From contig CBDBOV010000002.1 of NCBI GenBank assembly GCA_965208575.1, forward strand, positions 480,001 to 544,000: a stretch of DNA of 64,000 nt. The letters are read 5' to 3'. The stretch is from Spirochaetia bacterium. GTDB taxonomy: Bacteria; Spirochaetota; Spirochaetia; SZUA-6; Bin103. The stretch's first letter is position 1, and each line of letters begins with the position of its first letter. The notes beneath the pieces are model-generated. The model was given only the letters and a program-made list of their open reading frames with translations. It made no database searches and was not told the origin of the DNA. Below are positions 10,213 through 18,716 of the stretch, piece after piece. The position numbers were made by a program, and so were the translations under genes.

Positions 10213-10729
10213 ACCAGCACCGAAGTCGCCTCCAGACCCGTCCGCCCCCTCTTCGGTCAGCGACACGACACGGCACCGACCACCTCCCTGCCGTTGACGC
10301 CTCCTCATCCGCGCCGACCAACCAGATACGCCCCCGGTCGCGTTGGTGTGCTTGAATCAACCCGGCCGGTCGCCCAGCAGCCTATCCACTTATCCACAAT
10401 TTATGAGTCTCCCCCCTCGCGCTCCCCCCTCGTTCTCCGCCTCCCTTTCGGTTAGATTCTTACGTGAGGCACGCTCACCGTAAGGTTAGATTTTTACGTG
10501 AGGCAATAGGGAACGTACGTCGGAGAAACGGCGAGCGCCCGGCCCTCTCAAGCATGCCGCGCGGTGCAGTACGACGCTGAGCCGAGGCCAACGTGTTGCA
10601 TTGCGTGCGGGATCGAGTCGATGCTGGCGGAGGGGTGCAGCGGCAACCGTGAGATTGCAGGTGTCGAGGAGCGGCGGGCTCGGAGCGGGCGCGTCCGCCC
10701 CCGCGGGGAGAGCGACGGGGTCAGCCCGG

Positions 10730-11731
10730 ATGCGGGCCGCGACTCTGGTGGTCGGAGCTGTGCTGCACGTCGCGGCGGTCGCGGTCGCCGAGTCGCCGGC
10801 CCAGGACGCTGCTGCGGCGGCCAACCGGCTGCTGCAAGCGCTCGGTCCGGACCAGGCCCCCGCCGCAGTGCTGCCGCGGGACAGCAGGCTCATCGTCAAC
10901 TGGTCGAACCTGCCGGCGGGCCGGACGGGTTTCGAGCGCAACGGCATTCGCATCGGCGACCTCGGCGTTGGCGCACGCGCCGCGCTGTTCGACTTTCTGG
11001 CGACGGCGCTCAGCGCGGCGGGGGCGGAACTGGTACGGGGGATCATCGCCGCTGAGGACGTGCTGGCGGATTCGCCGCGTGCTTCCGGGCTTGGCTGGCA
11101 CCCCGACAACTACTGGCTGGCGTTCTTCGGCGAGCCGGCGGCGGGCGCTGACTGGAGCTGGCAGTTCGGCGGTCATCACCTCGCGATCAACGTGGCGGTG
11201 ACCGCCGCCGGCGTCATGAGCATGTCGCCGTCGTTCATCGGCATCGAACCGGCGGCGTTCCTGCTGGCCGGCGCCGCCGTGGCGCCGATGCGCGACCACG
11301 CTGCCGGCGGCGCGGCCCTGCTGGGCGCCCTGCCCGGCGACCAGCGCAGCGCGGCGATCGAGGCGGGCCGGCCGCGGGATTTGTACGCGGGCGCCGGCCG
11401 CGACGGCGTGGTCCCGCCGGTAGAGGGCAGCCGTGTGGCCGGCTGGCCGGCGGAACGGCAGCGCCAGCTCCTCGACCTGATCGGCCTGTGGGTGGGGGTC
11501 ATGCCGCCGGCAGCCGCCGAGCACCGGCTCGCGGCGATCGAGGCGGAACTGCCTCAGTTGCGCTTCGCCTGGCATGGACCGGTCGACGGTTCGGGCTCCA
11601 TCTACTACCGCATTCAGGGCCCGACGCTGCTCATCGAGTTCTCGACCCGCGGTTCGCTCGGCGCCGAGGGCGGCCACTACCACTCGATCTACCGCAACCC
11701 CACCAACGAATACGGACGCGGAGATTCGTAG
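10730..11731 (+). CDS. DUF3500-family secreted protein
   Basis: Signal peptide, WSNLP, WQFGGHHLAIN, YYRIQGPTLLIEF, HYHSIYRNPTNEYG. Confidence 0.88.
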   Translation: MRAATLVVGAVLHVAAVAVAESPAQDAAAAANRLLQALGPDQAPAAVLPRDSRLIVNWSNLPAGRTGFERNGIRIGDLGVGARAALFDFLATALSAAGAELVRGIIAAEDVLADSPRASGLGWHPDNYWLAFFGEPAAGADWSWQFGGHHLAINVAVTAAGVMSMSPSFIGIEPAAFLLAGAAVAPMRDHAAGGAALLGALPGDQRSAAIEAGRPRDLYAGAGRDGVVPPVEGSRVAGWPAERQRQLLDLIGLWVGVMPPAAAEHRLAAIEAELPQLRFAWHGPVDGSGSIYYRIQGPTLLIEFSTRGSLGAEGGHYHSIYRNPTNEYGRGDS

Positions 11732-11882
11732 GGCGGCTGAACCCGTGCCCTCGGACGAACGTACCTGGTCGGCGAGGCGGTCGAGGCCACGGGCGGCTTG
11801 GCAAGCCCGGTGGTCGGTTGTGGTCGGTGCTCGCGGCCATGCCGCCGCGGCTCGATGTGATATGGTTGGAGAGGGATCGGCC

Positions 11883-12593
11883 ATGGGCCACGTATTCGCC
11901 GAACTGGAACTCAGCAATCCGCGGCGTGCCGACTTCGTGCCGGTGCGTGTGAATGCGCTGGTGGACACGGGGGCGCTGATGCTGTGCATCCCGGAGCACG
12001 TCGCCCGCCAGCTCGACCTGCATACCGAATCGGTGCGCGAGGTGTCGGTGGCCGACGGCCGCACGGCGACCGTACCGTACTTGGGCCCGGTGAAGGTCGC
12101 CTTCGGGACGCGGTTCTGCTACGTCGGCGCGCTGGTGATCGGCGGCGAAGTGCTGCTGGGGTCAGTACCCATGGAAGACATGGACCTGGTGGTGAACCCC
12201 GGCCGCCGGCAACTAACGGTCGACCCGGCCAGTCCCAACATCCCCCACGCCCGCGTCAAGCGCTCCGGATGGAGCCGTGGAGTTGCCAGAATCGGTAGCA
12301 TGATCGGCAGCGGTGCTGATGCGGCTTGTGGTTCGGTTTCCCTTTTCGACGAACAGATCGGCATCCTGGACTCATGTCGGGGAACCGAGAAGGATGGCAA
12401 CGGACGTAGTATGCTCAGCCCTGCAACGTCCGGCGTACTTTTGCCTCGGTCTCACTATCCAGACGTGCGTTGGCCAGCATGGAAAGAAACCGGTCCCGGT
12501 CGACTTCCGGGGCTATCTTGGGTATGCCCGGGATCTCGATGTGCGTCGATCCGCCTTTCACCGAGAGCTTGTACTCGCCGGGGGCCAAGGTGA
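11883..12593 (+). CDS. Clan AA (retropepsin-like) aspartic protease; family domain ends at ~12270, remainder looks like read-through
   Basis: ALVDTGA catalytic motif, LLGSVPMEDMDLVVNP; the paralogous copy has TGA where this one has TGG. Confidence 0.88.
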   Translation: MGHVFAELELSNPRRADFVPVRVNALVDTGALMLCIPEHVARQLDLHTESVREVSVADGRTATVPYLGPVKVAFGTRFCYVGALVIGGEVLLGSVPMEDMDLVVNPGRRQLTVDPASPNIPHARVKRSGWSRGVARIGSMIGSGADAACGSVSLFDEQIGILDSCRGTEKDGNGRSMLSPATSGVLLPRSHYPDVRWPAWKETGPGRLPGLSWVCPGSRCASIRLSPRACTRRGPR

Positions 12594-13084
12594 TACGGGT
12601 ATGAACGCAGTCCCACTGGTGCAGATGAGCGAGCTCCAGCGCGGCGGCCCTCTCCCTCGCGCGCCAGTCAGCATCATCACCAAACAACTCTCGCAAAGGG
12701 ACAGGCATGGCGGGGGCGTCGCCGAGATCGAGCTCCGAGCCGGCTAGCCGATGGGCCAGTTGGGCCATGCGGTGAGATACCGCGGCGGAGAGGTACTGTG
12801 GCCCCCGGAGCCGGAGCGGAAGGTTGAGCCACCCGTCTCGTACACCGAATAGGATTGCCGCTGCCAGCCAATCCATCTCGCCGAGCCGGTCGCTGTAGTA
12901 GTCGAAGAGGTCTCCACAGTCTCGGTACAGGAAGAACAACGTCATGGCATGCGCAAGGGGAGTGTTGTGCCGTGCGAAGAGCTCGCTGGCCGTGGAGTCC
13001 GCGATGCCGCTCAGTGACTCAAGAGCTATCCCACCGGCCCCTGGGCCGGCGCAGTCATGAAAGAAACAAGGGTGAGCTATAGTG

Positions 13085-13290
13085 TGGGCAGAGTTCTGGG
13101 TGGAGCGCGAAAGTAGGCCGGCGCGTCACTGGCGTTACGTTCTGCGAACCCGTTCAAGAGCTTGGCCCCGGGGCGGGTGGCGTAGTCATTGGTGAGGTTG
13201 TCAGCCGGCGCGGCCGGGTGGCGATCATCCCGTTCAGGAGAATACCTGCTACACACGCCTTGGCCGCACCACTCAGTCGTAGCGGAGGTT
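13085..13290 (+). ncRNA. Predicted bridge RNA of the IS110 element
   Basis: Contains TCAAGAG (13154-13160), equal to target left flank plus core, and TCAGGAG (13234-13240), equal to donor end plus core; TATAGT -10-like hexamer at 13078; RNA ends inferred. Confidence 0.7.
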
Positions 13291-13292
13291 TC

Positions 13293-14681
13293 ATGGCACG
13301 ACGCAGACACAGACGCAAGGGCAAGGGCAGTCGCACAGCGCAACCAAAGGTGATGCACCCGGACGCTGCCGGCTTGGACATAGGCGCTACCGAGGTGTAC
13401 GCGGCTGTGCGCCCGGAGCGCGACCCGGACCCGATCCGGAACTTTGCTACGTTCACCGCGGACCTGCACGCCTTGGCCGACTGGCTCAAGGAATGCGAGG
13501 TCACCACGGTGGCGATGGAGTCCACCGGTGTGTACTGGATTCCGGTGTATCAGATCCTGGAGGCACACGGCTTCGACGTGGTGCTGGTGAATGCGCGTCA
13601 CGTGCACTCGGTACCCGGTCGGAAGTCCGACGTGGCCGACTGCGAGTGGTTGCGCTACCTGCACTCGGTGGGATTGCTGCGCGGCTCATTCCGCCCTGCC
13701 GACGAGGTGTGTGCACTGCGCTCGGTGCTGCGCCATCGCGACACCTTGATCAAGATGGCGTCGCGCAGCGTGTTGCACATGCAGAAGGCGTACAGCCAGA
13801 TGAACGTGCATCTGCACCATGCCATCTCTGACCTGACGGGGACGACCGGTCTGGCCATTACGGACGCTATCCTGGCGGGTGAGCGGGATCCGGCGCGGTT
13901 GGCCGCTCTGGCCGACCGGCGGATCAAAGCCAGCCGCGAGACCTTGATCAAGGCGCTGCAGGGCGACTGGCGCGCCGAGCACCTGTTGGCGTTGCGGCAC
14001 GCGCGAGCGACCTATGCCCACTACCAACAACTCATCACGGAGTGCGATCAGGAAATCGAAGCCGGCATCCGCGCGTTCGAAGCCAGCAGCGAGCCACCCG
14101 GCGCGGTGGGCGACGACCCACCGGATGAGGGAATCGATGCGGAGCCCGAGGCGCCAACCGAGTCACCGGCCAAGCGGTTCGACCTGCGCGGCCACCTTAC
14201 GCACCTGTTCGGCACTGACCTGACGCTGATTCCCGGCATCGGCGAAAGTACGGCGCTGGTTCTGTTCACCGAACTCGGCCCGGAACTGTCCCGCTTTCCG
14301 ACCGCACCGCAATTCGCCTCCTGGCTGCACCTGTGCCCCCACAACCAGATCACCGGCGGCAAGATCATCAGCTCGCACACCGGTCGGGGCACCAATCGGG
14401 CCGCCCAGGCGCTGCACTGGGCGACCCAGTCGTTGTACCGCAGCCCATCGGCCCTGGGCCAGCACTTCCGCCGCATGCGGGCGCGTCTGGGTACTCCCGA
14501 AGCGACCACTGCAGTCGCGCATAAACTGGCTCGGATCATCTACCATCTGATCACGCATCGCGTGGCCTACGATGACAGCATCCTCGCCGCCGAGGAGCGC
14601 CAGGACCGGCGCCGCTTTGAACGCCGGCTCCGAAGGCAGGCACACGCACTCGGTTATGAGCTTGTCCCGGAGGCCGCCTGA
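13293..14681 (+). CDS. IS110-family transposase/recombinase
   Basis: DEDD RuvC-like motifs GLDIG, AMESTGVYW, KSDVADC; IPGIG and ITGGK C-terminal motifs; GGAGG RBS at 13284. Confidence 0.96.
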   Translation: MARRRHRRKGKGSRTAQPKVMHPDAAGLDIGATEVYAAVRPERDPDPIRNFATFTADLHALADWLKECEVTTVAMESTGVYWIPVYQILEAHGFDVVLVNARHVHSVPGRKSDVADCEWLRYLHSVGLLRGSFRPADEVCALRSVLRHRDTLIKMASRSVLHMQKAYSQMNVHLHHAISDLTGTTGLAITDAILAGERDPARLAALADRRIKASRETLIKALQGDWRAEHLLALRHARATYAHYQQLITECDQEIEAGIRAFEASSEPPGAVGDDPPDEGIDAEPEAPTESPAKRFDLRGHLTHLFGTDLTLIPGIGESTALVLFTELGPELSRFPTAPQFASWLHLCPHNQITGGKIISSHTGRGTNRAAQALHWATQSLYRSPSALGQHFRRMRARLGTPEATTAVAHKLARIIYHLITHRVAYDDSILAAEERQDRRRFERRLRRQAHALGYELVPEAA

Positions 14682-15674
14682 TTGTTGTTTCTCAGGAGTG
14701 TCCTGCAGCTTCCTGACGCCCGCCTGCACCCGCGGGTCCAGGGTCGCCGAGGTCTCAGCCAAGTAGTCGAGCAGCACAGTCTCGGGGTTCTTGGCGTTGC
14801 CCGCCTCGCGCCACTTCGCAAGCCGCTCTACGGCTCCCCAGAAGAGGGCTCCCTGATAGGCGTTCTGCAAACTCGTCCGGTCCGTCTCGGGGTCGCGAGA
14901 AGCCAGAAGCGTCGCGGTTCCTTCCCGCATCCAGGGTTCAAGCCCGGCGAGTATCGCGCCGTCATCCGCCGGCACCGGGGAGACGCCCGGCTCGAATGCA
15001 GTCCGGCACGCTCGAACCGCCTGGTCGCCGAGGTTGCCGAAGAGAAACAGCATCGCCGTGACAGCGCCCGCGGCGAGCGGGCGTTCAAGTGGTACGCTCC
15101 GTTCGCGGGGACCATTCTCGGGCGGCCACTCCGTATCACCACCCCTGGCGAACAGCGCCTTCTTCGTCGCGTCCCTCCTGAAGTCCCCCAGAGGAACGTT
15201 GCCGAAGTCCTTCGCGCTCCTCTCGCACACCAGCCTGTCGTCGCGTGACTGGAAAAGAATCGACTCGATCCGGGACGTGGGGAGCGGCGCGGGTACCAGG
15301 AACACCCACTCGGTCCCGTCGACCTCGTGCGGAAACTGGATCTCCCTCAGGCCACCTTGCCCCACAGCAGCTACTCTGCCCGACAACCCGGTGAGGCCGA
15401 TTCGCACAATGACCGGCATGAGGTGTCCCTCCTGCGTGGCCGACTCGACCGCTGTTGCAGGCGCTTGGTCGACGAACAGGGGTATCCAGCCTGGAAAGCA
15501 CTCCAGCGAGTCGCGATAGTACTTCTCGCCAAACCCGGAGGGCGGCATCACCAGACCGGCCGCGAGCATGTACATCAGGTTGAGGTGATTGGTCACCAGG
15601 AGCGCCGATTTGGGCGCTGGAACTTCCTCCTTGGCATCGGACTTGATCAACATCAACTGGTCAGAGTCGGCCAC

Positions 15675-16839
15675 CTACAGCTCCTTGCGCCGCAGCACTT
15701 CCCGGTCGGTGGGCAGAATACTCTCGATGTCACTGCTACGGCCCCGCTTCATGAACATGAACACCCGGTCCCTGGCCCGGGCGATCATCACGTAGAACAG
15801 ACGCCGAGTAACATCGGGATCGTTCCGTCGAAAGTAGTGTTCGTCGATGTCCGCAAGCACTACCGTGTCGAACTCAAGACCCTTGCACGCCTGCGCGTTG
15901 ATCACCAGGATGCCGCCTTCGTCAAAGCGCACCTGGGGACGTTCATCGCCCCAGAACGTGATGATTTTCGGGGGCGCGTTGTCGAGCTGAACGTCTACTG
16001 ACCGAAGCTGCTGCACGTAACGTCGTCTCACTGTGTTCTTTGGCGTGATGATCCCTACGAGCTGGCGCGGGTTTCGGTCGGCAAAACGCACGACAGCGCG
16101 TGCAACCTTGTTCAATCCCCGTTCGTCGTATCGGTAGAGAAGCGGAGTGGGGCCCCGATCGACCGGGGGAATCTCCGGTGGCGGGCTCGCCGGATCGCCG
16201 GTGTAGAACTCTCGCGCCAACCGTGCCACGTGGTAGCGATTGCGATAGTTCCGCTTGAGTTCGACCACCGCGTCCGTATCGATGGCCAAACAGTCCTGGA
16301 TATCCTTCCGACTGCTGTTTTTTTTCGGTAATCTGCTGATTCTGGTCGGCGACGACGAAGAAACGGTCGAAACCAAGTCCCACCAGTGAGTCATAGAACT
16401 GCCGCGGCATGTCCTGTCCTTCGTCAATCACGAGAAACGGACGCTCGCCGTCATCATTCTTGGGCAAGTCCTGGACGATCTGTTCGACACCGCACCACTC
16501 GATCGCCCGGTAGCCGTTGTCGTTCGCATCCTCCAGGGGAGCGGGTCGACCCGTGACCTCCTTGAAGACCTCCCGGAACCAGGCATCCCATGTCCTGCCC
16601 TCGAGCCGGCCGCCGAACAACTGGCCGCTCGCGCGGTCGAGGAGATGATTGAAGACGAGGAACACGTAGCGGTCCCGATCTCTTTGGTGGCGCCTTGCGC
16701 GGAGCAGAGCGAGCACGGTTTTGCCCGTTCCGGGGCCACCGATGACCAGGTGCTGCCCGGCGCTCGGTAGGGCGCGTACTCTCTCCTGCTCCTTGCTCAA
16801 ATCCTGGATACGTGGCAGCACGAATCTGCGATTGGCCAT
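15675..16839 (-). pseudogene. Compact UvrD/SF1-like helicase-ATPase, +1 frameshift in an A8 run
   Basis: GGPGTGKT, IDEGQD, ADQNQQI in ORF 15943-16839; NYRN, KGLEFD, FYV..ARAR in ORF 15675-16427; deleting one T from 16318-16325 gives a single 387-aa ORF. Confidence 0.85.
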
Positions 16840-18716
16840 CAGACGGTCGACTCCGCGTGGTCAGTAAGGGGAGCGATATCGGGCGCGGCGCCGGTGACGA
16901 ATGCGCGGTCGAGGAGAACGTTACCGATAGGACAGCTTGGTTCCGGTACGAGCGCACAAGCGTGGCATGCTGCGCGATTAAGCAGATCCGGCCCATGCCC
17001 TTCCTGTTCCGCGCATACTGGGTCCATCGAACACCAGCTCGCTGCCTCGAATGCTGCGGTCAGCAGGCGAAGGAATTTTAAGGGCTTTGCCATCTCCATC
17101 AGGCCGCCCAGCGATCCCTCCTGGTCGGCGACGGCCACGTAGATCAGAATCCCCGCCATCGGCGCCTTGCCGGTGCGGCTGTAGACGCGTTCTTTCAATG
17201 CGGCGGCCGGATATCCTGCTTCCGCGTCGAGCCGGCGAATGATCAGGTGGGCGAGTGTGTGGCACAGCAGGAAGCGCGGCGACACCTCGACGTGGCCTTC
17301 CGGCGTTGCCTGACCATTGCGGTGGTCGTACCGCTGAGCAAAGGCGTCTGCTCGTCGTTGGAGCGCTTTGCCGGCCTCCCAACGCTGCAGCATCGCCTCG
17401 TCGAGGGTAAAGAAAATCCCCTCTCCATACAGCTCCAGGGCGGGAAGCCAGTCGCTCTCTCCAGTCAGGTCCGGCGGCGTCACGCTCCCGCCCACACGCT
17501 GGAACCCCTTGAGCACCAGGACTTCCTTCAGCCTGTTGATGGCGATGAGCCGCGAGACCGTGCTCGCGACACGTCGCGCGCCGCCTGGAGCGACCTCATT
17601 GCGTAGAGCCTTCCACCCGTCAGTGTGGTGCTCAGTGACGAAGTCCTCGTCTTCCCTCAGGTCGGGGATTCTCTCGGCCAGCGCCCGGTATTCATCCGCC
17701 ATCAGATCCCCGTCCGTAATTGTCTGGTCGTAGAGCGGGTAGCCACCGTCGATCTTCGCAAGCGCGGCCTCGATCTGCTCGGGAGCGCAGCGATACTCGG
17801 TGGCGAGCTGTCTGACCGCGGCCTTCCGTGCCAGGCTGTTCCGAGCGTTCCGAACCCGGTCCTGATTTCGGGCGCTGCCGTACAAGTGGTCGAGGACCGT
17901 GCCGCGCCGGATTCTCGACTCCGGCGGAATGACGAGCGCAGTGCGGGTCATCGGGTAGTGGACCCGCACATTGTTGATATCCATCACCCAAGCCAGCTCC
18001 GCAGATGACTGCGCCGGCCGTTCGCGAAACCAGGGCTGCCGCCACGCGCCGGACGGGAATGCGGTTCGGGGCAGCGAGCCCGACCTCAGGCTGGCGCTCG
18101 ACCTGCAACGCTCGCAGATGATCCGGCGGCCGGCCGGTGTGTCGCTCAGTCGTAGGTAGGGTTCGGTCCAATCAGGGGGACACTGGCGCCGCGCCGGGTC
18201 GCGAGAATCAGCGTGGGCCAAGTCGTGCCAGGGCACGTCTGCCAGATAGCCCTCTTCGTGAACGAGAACCCAGGGCACCTGCTCCAGTCGCCCGCTGCAC
18301 GCACTACTTTCTCCTTCGTGTCCCCAACACTCGCGCGCCCCTCTCCGTGCTCGCCACGGCGCCGGGTGCAGCAAGCCGCACTTCAGACAGCGCATCCAGG
18401 TAGGGAACTTCAGGGCCGGAATCCATCCAAGGGTCTTCCCGTCTCGCTCTGTCGCGCGCGGCGGGCTGCAGAGTGCCTGGTGAATACCGAGGGCGCTCCG
18501 TACCCGCTCCACGTAGCGAATCTCCCGATCCATGGGATCGCTCCCCGGACGATCCCAGGTGCTGGTGTCCTGCACCACCATCAGACTGTCCGCGCCGTCG
18601 CGTACGATAGCGCCGACCGAGCACTCGCGTAACAGGTGGGACAGGCGAACGGGTACGTCTACGTCCTTGTCAGTCATGGACACGTTCGTTCCGCGCCGTC
18701 GCGCGCGGCCACTCAT
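16839..18716 (-). CDS. drmB: DrmB-like DUF1998 protein
   Basis: HTLAHLII, GSLGGL, CSMDPVC...AACHACALVPEPSC...N.LLDR; start may be 18677. Confidence 0.9.
   Translation of the reverse strand: MSGRARRRGTNVSMTDKDVDVPVRLSHLLRECSVGAIVRDGADSLMVVQDTSTWDRPGSDPMDREIRYVERVRSALGIHQALCSPPRATERDGKTLGWIPALKFPTWMRCLKCGLLHPAPWRARRGARECWGHEGESSACSGRLEQVPWVLVHEEGYLADVPWHDLAHADSRDPARRQCPPDWTEPYLRLSDTPAGRRIICERCRSSASLRSGSLPRTAFPSGAWRQPWFRERPAQSSAELAWVMDINNVRVHYPMTRTALVIPPESRIRRGTVLDHLYGSARNQDRVRNARNSLARKAAVRQLATEYRCAPEQIEAALAKIDGGYPLYDQTITDGDLMADEYRALAERIPDLREDEDFVTEHHTDGWKALRNEVAPGGARRVASTVSRLIAINRLKEVLVLKGFQRVGGSVTPPDLTGESDWLPALELYGEGIFFTLDEAMLQRWEAGKALQRRADAFAQRYDHRNGQATPEGHVEVSPRFLLCHTLAHLIIRRLDAEAGYPAAALKERVYSRTGKAPMAGILIYVAVADQEGSLGGLMEMAKPLKFLRLLTAAFEAASWCSMDPVCAEQEGHGPDLLNRAACHACALVPEPSCPIGNVLLDRAFVTGAAPDIAPLTDHAESTV

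Larger units (their letters stand above)
6716..10510 (+). mobile_element. ISNCY/IS481-like transposon with cargo, 3795 bp
   Basis: Each end has two copies of a TG(C/A)CTCA..AA(A/G)AATCTAACC box in inverted orientation (6720-6741, 6753-6775 vs 10450-10472, 10484-10507); 5-bp direct repeat GAACG at 6711-6715 and 10511-10515, symmetrically 3 nt outside ATTG/CAAT. Confidence 0.85.
13026..14698 (+). mobile_element. IS110-family element (bridge recombinase type), 1673 bp
   Basis: Boundaries fixed by restoring the host ORF; GAG present on both sides (13023-13025, 14696-14698); no long TIRs; long 5' non-coding end. Confidence 0.9.
12415..15674 (-). pseudogene. Uncharacterised 528-aa protein, last gene of the DrmAB-like operon, split by IS110
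   Basis: Removing 13026-14698 joins 15674-14699 to 13025-12415 in frame (1587 nt; ...KLQDT|LESLSGIAD...MTLFF...). Confidence 0.85.

Noticed and set aside
10382-10398. Replication origin
   Set aside because: Only one perfect DnaA box, inside a transposon, with no AT-rich unwinding region or dnaA/rep gene.
12272-12593. Genuine C-terminal domain on the protease
   Set aside because: It follows a TGA-to-TGG difference relative to the duplicate and overlaps the convergent island gene.
14163-14698. C-terminal part of the 503-aa ORF 14163-15674
   Set aside because: It is the antisense of the IS110 transposase; the real continuation is 13025-12415.
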